This document shows, in pieces, positions 1 through 12,097 of a DNA stretch of 64,000 bases. Below the pieces are notes generated by a model. It was not told where the DNA came from. It saw only the letters and a program-made list of their open reading frames with translations, and made no database searches. This DNA comes from Desulfotomaculum sp. (GTDB taxonomy: Bacteria > Bacillota > Desulfotomaculia > Desulfotomaculales > Nap2-2B): NCBI GenBank assembly GCA_003485325.1, contig DMZI01000068.1, forward strand, positions 38,553 through 102,552, given 5' to 3'. Made by a program: the position numbers and the translations under genes. Every line of letters begins with the position of its first letter. Position 1 is the first letter of the stretch.

Positions 1-237
1 ACAGGCACTGACAGCCCGGGTCTGGATCTTGACAATGCTTCCCCGGAATTTTTTAGATTAATTGAACAGGCTGATTTGCTCTTTGCTAAAGGCATGGGAT
101 ATTACGAAACTTTACCGGAGCTGGATTTATTAAAACCAATGTTTTTCCTTCTGAAAACAAAGTGCCGCCCCATAGCAAAGTCCCTCAAAGTACCCTTAAA
201 CAGTTATGTTGGTTTACTTATTGAAAGTCCTGCTTAG
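1..237 (+). CDS. DUF89/ARMT1-type damage-control phosphatase, C-terminal fragment (5' end outside window)
   Basis: Frame 1 is open from the window edge to TAG at 235-237. It translates to ...ADLLFAKGMGYYETLPE...FFLLKTKCRPIAKSL..., which resembles the conserved C-terminus of DUF89 proteins. Confidence 0.55.
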   Translation, partial: TGTDSPGLDLDNASPEFFRLIEQADLLFAKGMGYYETLPELDLLKPMFFLLKTKCRPIAKSLKVPLNSYVGLLIESPA

Positions 238-281
238 AAAAATAAATTAACAGTTCATTAAGCCAAAAAAGGGGAGAGCAA

Positions 282-953
282 ATGAAGCCTTTTCAGGTTT
301 TTGAACGTGTCTATCAAATTGGCGGCCCGGACATTACCTCGTCTGCAGACTGCTGCATATACCTGATCAACGGCGGCAGCGAACTGGCTGTTATTGACAC
401 AGGCCTTGGGAAAAGCGTTTCCAAACTGATTAGGAACATTGAGCAGCTGGGTTTTAACAGCGCAGCTGTGAATTATCTGGTTGCAACTCACGGCCATATA
501 GACCACATCGGCGGGCTGGCTTACTTAAAGGAAACGCTAAATTCCAGAGTATTGGCCCATGAGCTTGAACTTCCCGCAATCGAAGGGAAAAATATCAGGC
601 GTACAGCGGCAGGAGTTTACGGTGTAAGTTACGAACCTGTAGATGTGGATATAGTGATCAGGGGAAATGAGGGCTTTATAGAAATAGGGGACATAAAACT
701 CATCTGCCCGCATACACCCGGGCACACTCCCGGCGGATTATCACCCTATCTTGATCTTAAGGGCAAGAGGGTCCTTTTTGGACAGGATATTCATGGGCCT
801 TTTAATCCTGCCTGGGGGTCGGATGTTGCCGCCTGGAAGCAGTCCCTGAAAAAACTTCTCGACCTGGATGCGGATTTTCTTTGTGAAGGTCATTTTGGTA
901 TTTATAAAACGAAAGAAAAAGTAAGGAAATATATAGAAAGTTACCTGGATTGA
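282..953 (+). CDS. MBL-fold metallo-hydrolase
   Basis: 223 aa with the HxHxDH motif (ATHGHIDHIGG) and downstream His/Asp ligands. A GGGGAG RBS lies upstream. Confidence 0.85.
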   Translation: MKPFQVFERVYQIGGPDITSSADCCIYLINGGSELAVIDTGLGKSVSKLIRNIEQLGFNSAAVNYLVATHGHIDHIGGLAYLKETLNSRVLAHELELPAIEGKNIRRTAAGVYGVSYEPVDVDIVIRGNEGFIEIGDIKLICPHTPGHTPGGLSPYLDLKGKRVLFGQDIHGPFNPAWGSDVAAWKQSLKKLLDLDADFLCEGHFGIYKTKEKVRKYIESYLD

Positions 954-988
954 CAGTTAATAAATTTTAATGAGGGGCTGAATAAAAA

Positions 989-1315
989 GTGTCCTTCGAT
1001 TTAGAAAAATTAAAGTATGACGCTGCCGGTCTAATTCCTGCCGTTATTCAGGACGAAAAGACCGGCATTGTGCTGATGCTGGGATATATGAATAAAGAGT
1101 CTTTGGGCCGGACCCTGGCCTCCGGGGAAACATGGTTCTGGAGCCGCAGCCGTCAGGAATACTGGAATAAGGGCGCGACCTCAGGCAATATACAAAAGGT
1201 GCGGGAGATCTATTACGACTGTGATGCCGACGCGCTTCTGGTCAAAGTTGATCAAAAGGGAGTAGCCTGTCACGAAGGTGATTTCTCCTGTTTTCACAAT
1301 CCCTTGCAGTTATAG
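989..1315 (+). CDS. hisI: phosphoribosyl-AMP cyclohydrolase (monofunctional HisI)
   Basis: 108 aa. [19 protein letters not shown]...[13 protein letters not shown]...[10 protein letters not shown] is the HisI signature including the Cys ligands. Confidence 0.85.
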   Translation: MSFDLEKLKYDAAGLIPAVIQDEKTGIVLMLGYMNKESLGRTLASGETWFWSRSRQEYWNKGATSGNIQKVREIYYDCDADALLVKVDQKGVACHEGDFSCFHNPLQL

Positions 1316-1327
1316 ATTTTAACCGGG

Positions 1328-3529
1328 ATGTGTTTTTTAATGTCGGACATTTTGAACGGTTTAAATGAACATCAAGCGGAAGCGGTTAAGTATACAAAGG
1401 GGCCCCTTCTTGTCCTTGCAGGCGCCGGAAGCGGTAAAACCAGAGTCCTGACAGCTAAAATTGCTTACCTCTTAAAGGAGATGAGGTTATCCCCGTTTAA
1501 CATACTGGCGATTACGTTTACCAACAAAGCAGCCAATGAAATGAGGGAAAGAGTGGCGGCCGCCGTCCCGGATGTTGCAAAGGATATTTGGATACTTACC
1601 TTTCATGCCGCATGTGTCAGGATTTTAAGGAGGCAGGCCTTTTTTTTGGGTTATAACGGGGACTTTGTTATCTACGATGATGCAGACCGGCAGACGCTTC
1701 TCAAAGAATGTTTAAAAGAATTAAATTATGATGACAAAAAGTTTTCGCCAAGGGCTGTGGGAGCGGTTATTTCAAGGGCTAAAAACAATTTAACGGATCC
1801 TGAAGAATTTACAGAGCAGGCCCAGGAATATTTCGAGCAAAAGGTAGCGGAGATATATTCGTTCTACCAAAACCGCTTACTTAAAAACTGCGCTCTTGAT
1901 TTTGATGATCTGATTATGCAGACAGTGCGGCTTTTCGAACAGAAACCCAATGTCCTGTCGTATTATCAAAGCAAGTTTCGCTTTATTCTTGTGGATGAAT
2001 ATCAGGACACCAACACAGCTCAGTATGTGCTTGTAAAACTGCTTTCGGCGGCGCACCGCAATCTGTTTGTTGTCGGTGATCCGGACCAGAGCATTTACGG
2101 CTGGCGGGGGGCAAATATCCGCAACATCCTCAATTTTGAGAAAGATTATCACGACGCCAGAATAATCAAACTGGAACAGAACTACCGCTCAACCCAGGTT
2201 ATCCTTGATGTAGCTAACGAGGTGATTAGCAACAACAGTTCCCGGAAAGAAAAGGACTTATGGACTGCTGAAGGCCAGGGAGCGCCTGTAATGCTCTATC
2301 TCGGGCCGGATGAACATCAGGAAGCCCAATTTATAGCTGACCGGATAAGATCAATAAGGGAGCATTCCGGCGCCAATTACAAAGATTTTGCCGTTTTATA
2401 CCGCACGCATGCAATGTCCCGTGTGGTTGAGGAGATATTTCTGCGGGAGATGATTCCCTATACCATTATAGGAGGCTTAAAATTTTACGAACGCAAGGAA
2501 ATCAAGGATTTGCTCGCTTATTTGCGCCTGCTTGTCAATCCTGCGGATGCGGTAAGCCTTTCCAGAATAATCAATATACCTAAAAGAGGGGTAGGAGAGG
2601 CTTCTTTGCGGAGGTTGGCAAACTTTGCTCTTGAACAGAACATAACCATTCTTGAAGTTCTGGAGCGGGCTGCAAAAATTCCCGGCCTGACCAGCAAAGT
2701 CCGCCAGGCCTGCCTTAGCCTTGCGGGCGTGTTAAATAAGATTGCCCAGGAAAAAGAAATGATGAGTGTTACAGAGATCACTCAGAAAATTTTACAGCAG
2801 ACCGGCTATTGGCAGGAACTTATCAGTGAAAACACGGTGGAATCGCGGACAAGGCAGGATAACTTAAGGGAATTTATGTCTGTAACAAAGGAGTTTGACA
2901 AGTCTGCCGGCCACGGCAGCCTCTCGGCTTTTTTAGGTGAAATGGCTCTTTCCAGCGATATTGACTGGTACACAGATACGAGTGACCAGGTAGTGCTGAT
3001 GACACTCCACAGCGCCAAAGGGCTTGAATTTCCGGTTGTATTTTTAATTGGCCTGGAAGAGGGTGTTTTTCCTTATTCCCGTTCGCTGGACGAACAATTC
3101 GAGCTTGAAGAAGAGCGCCGCCTCTGCTATGTCGGGATAACACGGGCCAAGCAGCGTTTGTATCTTTCCCGCTGTTGGCAGCGAACGCTTTACGGTGTAA
3201 CACGTTTCAACAAGCCTTCACGGTTCCTTGAGGAAATTCCCGCTCACCTGATTATGTCCGAAGATCCCCTTACTATGGAAATAATACAGCCAAAAACTTA
3301 TTACAGAGGCCTTGAGACAAAGGAAAGAGTTGTTTCTATACCGGCAGGACCAGTTACAGCCCCGTATTTTAATCTCGGCGAACGTGTCCGGCACAGCAAA
3401 TGGGGTATAGGAACAATTGTCGACTTAAGCGGCAAGGGAGATTCTGCAGAGGTTAAGGTTGCCTTCCCCGATCTGGGCATAAAGACTCTGCTGGTCATTT
3501 ATGCGCCGTTGGAAAAAGTTTCATCCTAA
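1328..3529 (+). CDS. pcrA: ATP-dependent DNA helicase PcrA (UvrD family)
   Basis: 733 aa with Walker A AGAGSGKT, the DEYQDT box, the QNYRS motif and a C-terminal Tudor-like tail. The start could instead be the ATG at 1340. Confidence 0.9.
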   Translation: MCFLMSDILNGLNEHQAEAVKYTKGPLLVLAGAGSGKTRVLTAKIAYLLKEMRLSPFNILAITFTNKAANEMRERVAAAVPDVAKDIWILTFHAACVRILRRQAFFLGYNGDFVIYDDADRQTLLKECLKELNYDDKKFSPRAVGAVISRAKNNLTDPEEFTEQAQEYFEQKVAEIYSFYQNRLLKNCALDFDDLIMQTVRLFEQKPNVLSYYQSKFRFILVDEYQDTNTAQYVLVKLLSAAHRNLFVVGDPDQSIYGWRGANIRNILNFEKDYHDARIIKLEQNYRSTQVILDVANEVISNNSSRKEKDLWTAEGQGAPVMLYLGPDEHQEAQFIADRIRSIREHSGANYKDFAVLYRTHAMSRVVEEIFLREMIPYTIIGGLKFYERKEIKDLLAYLRLLVNPADAVSLSRIINIPKRGVGEASLRRLANFALEQNITILEVLERAAKIPGLTSKVRQACLSLAGVLNKIAQEKEMMSVTEITQKILQQTGYWQELISENTVESRTRQDNLREFMSVTKEFDKSAGHGSLSAFLGEMALSSDIDWYTDTSDQVVLMTLHSAKGLEFPVVFLIGLEEGVFPYSRSLDEQFELEEERRLCYVGITRAKQRLYLSRCWQRTLYGVTRFNKPSRFLEEIPAHLIMSEDPLTMEIIQPKTYYRGLETKERVVSIPAGPVTAPYFNLGERVRHSKWGIGTIVDLSGKGDSAEVKVAFPDLGIKTLLVIYAPLEKVSS

Positions 3530-3549
3530 AAGATATATAGTTATTTTCT

Positions 3550-3570
3550 GGCAATAATATTATTATTGCC
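3550..3570 (+). terminator. perfect AT-rich palindrome GGCAATAATAT/TATTATTGCC after pcrA (hairpin, no clear U-tract)
   Basis: Inverted repeat read directly. It lies 20 nt after the pcrA stop and is followed by ttacat rather than a T-run. Confidence 0.3.
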
Positions 3571-3585
3571 TTACATGGGGGTCTA

Positions 3586-4446
3586 ATGAAGCAGCTTTTA
3601 ATTGTAGCTATTCTTACAACCGTTATTCATATGGTGAACACTTTAATTTACTCCGTGCGTTTGTCGGGAGTCAGGACCGAGCGGCTGGCCACGGCGTTGT
3701 CGCTCTTTCAGGTGATTTTCCTTATTGCCAGCACGGCAAATTTAATCCAGGCCCCGCTAATGTCCTCGATCGTCGAGCATGCAATAAATAACGGAATTGC
3801 CAGGGTTGGCGCGAATGAACTGCTTGGCAGTTCCTTTTACCAACACCAGCTGGGCTTGTTAAATACTAAGATAAGGCTTGTAATTCTAGCCGGAACTATA
3901 GGCACTATCCTGGGAGGTTTGCTGATCCCGGCGTTTGTTTCGGTATTTGTAAAGTGGATAATGCTTTTAGAGGGTATTGGTTCAGTTCCGCGCATGCTTT
4001 TAGAGGCAATCTTAAGGCCGCGGAAAATTTCTTCCATGACCAGTAGATTCAGATTGCCAAGCCCGGGCAGATTCAGGGATGCCTTAAGAGAACCTTTAAA
4101 CATACCCAGGCATTTTTTAATTGCAAACATAATTATCACAGGAATCTGGACAACCGGCGTGCTTTCCGCTTTATACGCAGGCGCCCTGATACCTCACTTC
4201 AGATCCACAGCTACCCTGATGTCGGGTATTATCAACGGAGTTGCGGCTGTTTTGGCAGCCACGGTTGTAGACCCGACAGCTGCGCTTATTACGGATCAGG
4301 CCATGCGCGGCGTAAGAAAAGAAACAGACGTAAGACAGATGGCCATCTATCTGGCCTTCACGAGGCTGCTTGGCACAATGTTAGCCCAGGTTATCTTCGT
4401 GCCGGCAGCGTTAATTATCCGTGCAGCGGTAGTAATTATAACTTAG
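3586..4446 (+). CDS. amj: lipid II flippase Amj family protein (DUF2837)
   Basis: 286-aa polytopic membrane protein. The N-terminus LIVAILTTVIHMVNTLIYSVRLSGVRTERLATALSLF matches my recollection of the Amj/YdaH family consensus. Confidence 0.7.
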   Translation: MKQLLIVAILTTVIHMVNTLIYSVRLSGVRTERLATALSLFQVIFLIASTANLIQAPLMSSIVEHAINNGIARVGANELLGSSFYQHQLGLLNTKIRLVILAGTIGTILGGLLIPAFVSVFVKWIMLLEGIGSVPRMLLEAILRPRKISSMTSRFRLPSPGRFRDALREPLNIPRHFLIANIIITGIWTTGVLSALYAGALIPHFRSTATLMSGIINGVAAVLAATVVDPTAALITDQAMRGVRKETDVRQMAIYLAFTRLLGTMLAQVIFVPAALIIRAAVVIIT

Positions 4447-6465
<2,019 letters not shown>

Positions 6466-6567
6466 AAATGATTTGATGATGTCAAATATTGCCGGACAAC
6501 TGTTTTAAATCAACTTGTTTTGTTATAATTTGAATGTATTTATAGATTAATTGGGCAGGTGAGACTA

Positions 6568-6849
6568 TTGATTAAAAAATCCGATGTTGAACATGTAGCT
6601 TTACTGGCCAGATTGGAGCTTACTGATAATGAAAAAGAGATTTACACAAGGCAGCTGAATGATATTTTGGGGCATTTTGAGTCTCTGCAGGAACTGGAAA
6701 CAACGAACGTTGAGCCTATGGCTCATGTTCTATCACTTTTTAATGTATTCAGGGAGGATAAGGTTGACCGGCACCTGCCTTCGGAAAATGTTCTGGCCAA
6801 TTGTCCGGATAGGGACGAGGATTGTTTTCGAGTACCAAAGATCGTTTAG
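6568..6849 (+). CDS. gatC: Asp/Glu-tRNA amidotransferase subunit C
   Basis: IKKSDVEHVALLARLELTDNE is a typical GatC N-terminus. The TTG at 6568 has an AGGTGAG RBS. The ORF track's longest form starts at the GTG at 6559. Confidence 0.9.
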   Translation: MIKKSDVEHVALLARLELTDNEKEIYTRQLNDILGHFESLQELETTNVEPMAHVLSLFNVFREDKVDRHLPSENVLANCPDRDEDCFRVPKIV

Positions 6850-6861
6850 GGAGGCGTTTTT

Positions 6862-8319
6862 TTGTCGCTTTATTATTTAACGGCTCATGAACTGCATGAT
6901 TTGTTGTTAAAAAAGGAAATATCGGCAGTGGAGGTTAACGAAGCTGTTTTCGATAGAATTGAATCCGTCGAAGACAGCGTAAAGGCCTATCTTACTTTGA
7001 CCCGCGATCAGGCCATGAAAACTGCGCAAGAGGTAGATGACATGATTGGGGCCGGCCGGCCGGTTCCTCCTTTGGCGGGCATACCTATTGCGATAAAAGA
7101 TAATATTTGCACCGAAGGGGTGCGGACAACCGCTGCCTCAAAGATCATTTATAATTTTATCCCGCCGTATGACGCCACTGTTGTTAAAAAACTCGCCGGA
7201 CAGCATATTGCGATGACAGGCAAAACAAATCTTGATGAATTTGCCATGGGTTCTTCAACAGAGAACTCGGGGTTTTTTGCAACCCACAACCCCTGGGATC
7301 GTGAATGTGTTCCCGGCGGTTCCAGCGGCGGCTCCGCTGCTGCGGTTGCAGCCGGGGAGTCCGTTTGCGCAATCGGTTCTGATACCGGGGGATCTATCCG
7401 CCAGCCGGCTGCTTTCTGCGGAGTCGTGGGGATTAAACCAACCTACGGGGCTGTATCCCGCTACGGGTTGATTGCTTTCGCTTCCTCCCTTGACCAGATC
7501 GGGCCCTTTACCAGAGATGTTACAGACTGCGCGCTGATGCTTAACGCCATCTGCGGCCATGACCCGCTTGACTCAACTTCTTCTCCGTACGAGGTTCCGG
7601 ATTTCAGGCGCTGTCTTGTTAATGATGTTAAGGGACTAAAAATTGGTGTGCCCCGGGAATATATGAGTGAAGGAATTGATGCAGACGTCAGGCAGATTAT
7701 CGAGAAAGCTATGTCCCTGCTTGAATTGAACGGGGCCAGAATAGAGGAGACAAGCCTTCCCCACCTCGGTTTCTCACTTCCTGTTTATTATCTGATTGCA
7801 CCGGCTGAAGCCAGTTCAAATTTGGCCCGCTACGACGGAGTCCGTTACGGGTTCAGGTCTGCGGGCGCACAGGATGTTGTGGATATGTTTATGAAAACAA
7901 GGAGTCAGGGTTTCGGTGCCGAGGTCAAGCGCCGGATCATGCTGGGCACCTATGTTCTTTCAGCCGGCTATTACGATGCCTATTATTTAAAGGCGCTCAA
8001 AGTCCGTACGCTAATAAAAGAAGACTTTAACAATGCATTTGAGAAGTTTGATATTTTGCTTTCACCGACGACACCGTCTCCGGCTTTCCGTTTTGGCGAA
8101 AAAACCGGAGATCCGCTGAAGATGTACCTTTCAGACGTATTCACAATAGCGGTAAATCTTGCCGGAATTCCGGGCCTGTCTGTACCCTGTGGATTTGTCA
8201 ATGGCTTACCCGTGGGGCTTCAGCTAATGGGCAGGCCTTTCAGCGAAGGCAAACTGCTTCAGGCAGCCTATACTTTCGAACAATGTACAGACCATCATAG
8301 AAAGCACCCGGAGTTATAA
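6862..8319 (+). CDS. gatA: Asp/Glu-tRNA amidotransferase subunit A
   Basis: 485 aa with the amidase signature [12 protein letters not shown]...[12 protein letters not shown]. Confidence 0.95.
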   Translation: MSLYYLTAHELHDLLLKKEISAVEVNEAVFDRIESVEDSVKAYLTLTRDQAMKTAQEVDDMIGAGRPVPPLAGIPIAIKDNICTEGVRTTAASKIIYNFIPPYDATVVKKLAGQHIAMTGKTNLDEFAMGSSTENSGFFATHNPWDRECVPGGSSGGSAAAVAAGESVCAIGSDTGGSIRQPAAFCGVVGIKPTYGAVSRYGLIAFASSLDQIGPFTRDVTDCALMLNAICGHDPLDSTSSPYEVPDFRRCLVNDVKGLKIGVPREYMSEGIDADVRQIIEKAMSLLELNGARIEETSLPHLGFSLPVYYLIAPAEASSNLARYDGVRYGFRSAGAQDVVDMFMKTRSQGFGAEVKRRIMLGTYVLSAGYYDAYYLKALKVRTLIKEDFNNAFEKFDILLSPTTPSPAFRFGEKTGDPLKMYLSDVFTIAVNLAGIPGLSVPCGFVNGLPVGLQLMGRPFSEGKLLQAAYTFEQCTDHHRKHPEL

Positions 8320-8341
8320 ACAAAAAGGGAGGGTTTTTATC

Positions 8342-9784
8342 TTGACCCAGTATGAGACCGTCATCGGTCTTGAAGTGCATCTGGAATTAAAAACAGACTC
8401 AAAAATCTTTTGCAGTTCCTCCACATCTTTCGGAGGAAAGCCAAATACCCATGTTTGCCCGGTATGCCTTGGTCTGCCCGGCGTACTTCCGGTAGTAAAT
8501 AAAAAGGTCGTGGAGGATGCTATACTGGTAGCCCTGGCCTTAAACTGCCGCATTGCCGAGTTCTCGAAGTTTGATCGAAAAAATTACTATTATCCCGATA
8601 TGCCTAAGAATTATCAGATTTCACAATATGATCTGCCAATAGCGTTAAACGGATACCTGGAAATTGAACTGGATGGAGAATTAAAGAAAATAGGCATTAC
8701 GCGGCTTCATATGGAAGAGGACACAGGGAAATTGGTGCATCAGGGAACGATAACCACTACGCCTTTTTCACTTGTAGATTACAACCGGGCTGGAGTTCCG
8801 CTGCTTGAAATAGTATCCGAACCGGATCTCCGCTCGCCCGAGGAAGCCAGAATATATCTGGAAAAATTAAAATCAATTATCCAATATACGGGAGTTTCCG
8901 ACTGCCGGATGGAGGAAGGCAGTTTAAGGTGCGACGCTAATGTTTCTGTGCGGCAGCTAGGGAAAGAGGAGTTTGGCACAAAAACAGAGATTAAAAACAT
9001 GAATTCTTTCAGATCTCTTCAAAAAGCCCTGACCTACGAAGTCAGCAGGCAAATAGAGGTTTTGGGAGAAGGCGGGCGAATTGTCCAGGAAACCAGGACC
9101 TGGGACGAAGGCCAGGGGATAACCCTACCTATCAGAAGCAAGGAAGAAGCTCATGATTACCGCTATTTTCCTGAACCCGATCTGGTACCCATGATTATTG
9201 AAAGGGAATGGGTAGAGTCTGTCAGAAAACGGCTCCCGGAACTGCCCGACGCCCGACGCGAACGCTATGTGCGTGATTACGGCCTGCCTGTGTATGATGC
9301 CGGTGTTCTTACTTCGACAAAGGAAATGGCTGATTATTTTGAAGCCTGCCTCAATGCCTATTCTTCACCAAAGACAGTCAGCAACTGGATTATGGGGGAT
9401 CTTTCGAGATTGCTTAACTCCAACAATCTCGAAATAAATGAATGTCCCGTCAGCCCCGTTAACCTGGCCTCTTTATTTAAAATTCTCGACGAAGGCACGA
9501 TTAGCGGCAAGATCGCCAAAGTTGTATTCGAAGAAATGTTTGCAACAGGAAAGGATGCCGGTACTATCGTCAAGGAAAAAGGGCTGGTCCAAATCAGTGA
9601 TGAAGAATCGCTGACTGCGATTGTGGAAGAAGTAATTGCCGGAAATCCAAAATCGGTAAGTGATTATAGAAGCGGCAAAGATAAAGCGCTGGGATTTTTA
9701 GTGGGTCAGGTTATGAAGGCCACGAAGGGTAAAGCTAATCCTGAACTGGTCAATAAACTTTTTAAGGAAAAAATATTGAATTAA
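8342..9784 (+). CDS. gatB: Asp/Glu-tRNA amidotransferase subunit B
   Basis: 480 aa with [13 protein letters not shown]...CPVCLGLPG and a C-terminal YqeY-like tail. Confidence 0.95.
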   Translation: MTQYETVIGLEVHLELKTDSKIFCSSSTSFGGKPNTHVCPVCLGLPGVLPVVNKKVVEDAILVALALNCRIAEFSKFDRKNYYYPDMPKNYQISQYDLPIALNGYLEIELDGELKKIGITRLHMEEDTGKLVHQGTITTTPFSLVDYNRAGVPLLEIVSEPDLRSPEEARIYLEKLKSIIQYTGVSDCRMEEGSLRCDANVSVRQLGKEEFGTKTEIKNMNSFRSLQKALTYEVSRQIEVLGEGGRIVQETRTWDEGQGITLPIRSKEEAHDYRYFPEPDLVPMIIEREWVESVRKRLPELPDARRERYVRDYGLPVYDAGVLTSTKEMADYFEACLNAYSSPKTVSNWIMGDLSRLLNSNNLEINECPVSPVNLASLFKILDEGTISGKIAKVVFEEMFATGKDAGTIVKEKGLVQISDEESLTAIVEEVIAGNPKSVSDYRSGKDKALGFLVGQVMKATKGKANPELVNKLFKEKILN

Positions 9785-9980
9785 GGCGCTTAAGCATCTT
9801 AAGTAAGCGGCGCATCGGAAGGATGAAAATTCATCAACAAGGGAGGTCAATGCCTCAAGTGCGATTTTGAGCCTTAATTCAAAGAAAGAGAGAACCCGAG
9901 GATAAGCGAGGGAACTGTTTGAGGCGTGTTAACGCCGAGTTTGACCGAGCCCGAGGGTCATCAACTTCATCGGACAACTA
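9785..9980. repeat. intergenic repeat copy (B-tail fragment + head remnant + A-body), forward orientation
   Basis: 9821-9960 aligns by eye to the reverse complement of 61213-61355. 9785-9818 resembles the ...GCTTAAGCAYCGGAGTAAGCGG... block seen at 27310-27335, 46970-46993 and rc 60815-60845. Confidence 0.8.
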
Positions 9981-9981
9981 C

Positions 9982-10022
9982 TAAGGCTTGACAAAAAAAA
10001 TGTTTAAGCCTTATTCTTTTTT
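9982..10022 (+). terminator. hairpin TAAGGCTT-N16-AAGCCTTA followed by a T-run (putative gatCAB terminator; first part of the duplicated cassette)
   Basis: 8-bp perfect inverted repeat followed by ttcttttttg. The same structure recurs at 20108-20148. Confidence 0.45.
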
Positions 10023-10033
10023 GTTGTTAAATA

Positions 10034-10087
10034 TACAAATTTATTGTAATTATTTTAATTTAACCGGTCTATTGTTTTTTTTATTAT
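10034..10087 (+). promoter_or_regulatory. palindrome TACAAATTTATTGTA (10034-10048) plus putative sigmaA promoter TTAACC-16-TATTAT (10060-10087) upstream of adenine deaminase
   Basis: Read directly. The whole block is near-identical to 20160-20213 upstream of the hydroxylase operon. Confidence 0.45.
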
Positions 10088-10115
10088 TAAATTAAATATA
10101 AGGAGATTTCCAGTT

Positions 10116-11870
10116 ATGAATTTGAGAGAATTAAACAGTTTGATTAAGGTGGCGATGGGAGAAGAAAAGGCGGATTTAGTGCTCCAAAACGGCTCACTGG
10201 TTAACGTATATACGGGCGAAATACTGGAAGAACATTCTGTGGCCGTCAAGGGGGAAAGAATAGCCTGGGTAGGCAAAGACGACAGGAATGTTACAGGGCC
10301 TGAGACGAATGTTATCGACTGTACAGGGAAATTTATCATCCCGGGATTTATAGACGGCCACACCCATTTAATTCTTTTCTATCAGGCGGATCAGTTTCTT
10401 AGATATGCGATGCGGGGCGGGACTACCACAATAATTACAGAACTGATGGAAATCAGCTTTCCGCTTGGATATCAGGGAATTCTGGAATATCTGGAATCCC
10501 TTAAAAACCAGCCCATAAAGATTTTTGGTGTGGCGCCTCCGATGGTTACAAACAGCTTAAGGACGCGATCAAGAGCGATTAACCTTGATCAGATTGCCGA
10601 ACTGCTCAAACGTGATGATATTTTAGGTTTGGGAGAAACATACTGGTCAGCCGTAATTGAACGGGATGAAAAGATACTGGAGTTTTTTGTTGAGACTTTC
10701 AAGGCGGGCAAGATAATTGCGGGCCATACGGCCGGCGCCAGGGGCAACAGGCTTACAGCTTATGCGGCGGGAGGTGTCCGGTCGTGCCATGAGCCAATCA
10801 CCGCGGCGGATGTTTTGGAAAGGTTAAGGCTGGGTCTTTATGTACTGATCAGGGAAGGAGGTATCCGGAAAGAACTGGCGGAAATATCGAAAATAAAGGA
10901 TCTGCAGCTCGATCTGAGACAATTGATTCTATCCACGGACAGTATTACTCCTGAGCAAGTGGTAGAGGAAGGTTATATGGAAGCAGTGGTCCAGAAAGCC
11001 GTCGACCTTGGTTTTGATCCTGTTTGCGCTATCCAAATGGCTACACTAAACGTGGCCAAATACTGGAATCTGGATCATCTAATTGGTGGTATTGCGCCCA
11101 GCAAATATGCAGATATCATTATTCTGCCGGATCTGTACAATATAAAAGCCGAGTATGTAATCAGCAACGGCAAGGTTTTATCAAAAGAAGGCAAACTTCT
11201 TTTAGAACCAAGTAAATATACATTTCCGGCCTGGGCGCATAAAAGTATGCGGCTGACCAAGAATTTTGGACCTGAGGACTTTGAAATAAATGTTAAAAGC
11301 AACAGCGACCCTGTAAGAATCAGAGTAATTGAACAAATAACTGAACTGGTGACAAAGGAAACAATCCTGGAAGTCCCCGTCCTGGAGGGAAAAATCAAGG
11401 TTGATTTGGATAAAGACTTAATAAAAATTGCTGCTGTAGATTTTCTGGATGACCAGTTAAAAATGTTTGTCGGGTTAATCAAGGGCTTTCGGATGAAGAA
11501 AGGGGCGTTTGCCAGCAGCATGGCCTGGGATTTGACTAATATAGTGGTCATAGGAGCTGACGAAAAGGATATGGCGGTTGCTGTCAACAGGGTTCTAGAA
11601 CTTCAGGGAGGTATCGTGGTCTGTTCAAATGGTAAAATACTGGCTGAACTACCCATGTCCATAGGAGGTTACATGAGCAATCTTCCGATTGAAGAAATCG
11701 TCCAAAACCTTAAAGATATTCAAAAAGAGGCATCAGGTCTTGGCATCCCCTTCCCTGATGCGGAACTAAGCTTAAATACCCTGACAACTTCCGCAATACC
11801 ATTTTTCCGGATTTGCGAGGAAGGCTTTTATGATCTGAAAAACAACCGTTTGGTTGGCCTGCTGGTTTAA
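10116..11870 (+). CDS. ade: adenine deaminase
   Basis: 584 aa. It has the amidohydrolase metal motif IPGFIDGHTHL, and its length and the CHEP region are typical of the Ade family. An AAGGAG RBS is present. Confidence 0.9.
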   Translation: MNLRELNSLIKVAMGEEKADLVLQNGSLVNVYTGEILEEHSVAVKGERIAWVGKDDRNVTGPETNVIDCTGKFIIPGFIDGHTHLILFYQADQFLRYAMRGGTTTIITELMEISFPLGYQGILEYLESLKNQPIKIFGVAPPMVTNSLRTRSRAINLDQIAELLKRDDILGLGETYWSAVIERDEKILEFFVETFKAGKIIAGHTAGARGNRLTAYAAGGVRSCHEPITAADVLERLRLGLYVLIREGGIRKELAEISKIKDLQLDLRQLILSTDSITPEQVVEEGYMEAVVQKAVDLGFDPVCAIQMATLNVAKYWNLDHLIGGIAPSKYADIIILPDLYNIKAEYVISNGKVLSKEGKLLLEPSKYTFPAWAHKSMRLTKNFGPEDFEINVKSNSDPVRIRVIEQITELVTKETILEVPVLEGKIKVDLDKDLIKIAAVDFLDDQLKMFVGLIKGFRMKKGAFASSMAWDLTNIVVIGADEKDMAVAVNRVLELQGGIVVCSNGKILAELPMSIGGYMSNLPIEEIVQNLKDIQKEASGLGIPFPDAELSLNTLTTSAIPFFRICEEGFYDLKNNRLVGLLV

Positions 11871-12097
11871 AGTAAACTGAAAAAAGGGCAAACTGCCTTT
11901 TTGCCATGGTATAGGCGTCGGTTGTGTAGGGTTTGTTTCTGGAGCGGGGTATGCAATTTACAGAACAGATCTTCCGCACTCGGCGGCTATTAACAGCCTT
12001 CCGATTTCTTACGAAAAAATCTGGAAGGCAATTCGGGATAAGAAAAAAGAGATTCAAACTACCGGTTAATGTTTATATAGATTTGCAGGTGAGATTA

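Noticed and set aside
258-506. 82-aa antisense ORF over the MBL hydrolase start, and other 60-110 aa antisense ORFs listed in the track throughout housekeeping genes
   Set aside because: All are nested in well-supported genes on the opposite strand and lack initiation signals or recognisable motifs.
11933-12097. N-terminal extension of the ModE-like ORF (ORF track start 11933)
   Set aside because: The extension translates to a basic, low-complexity sequence. The ATG at 12098 has a good RBS and gives the normal ~110-aa ModE N-domain length.
11871-12097. Moco (molybdenum cofactor) riboswitch upstream of the Mo genes (also checked 12437-12550)
   Set aside because: A hairpin exists (CCTTCCGATTT...AAAATCTGGAAGG, roughly 11998-12029). 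However, I could not recognise the conserved Moco-motif core, and the second region is too AT-rich to be structured. This needs cmscan with RF01055 for a definitive answer.
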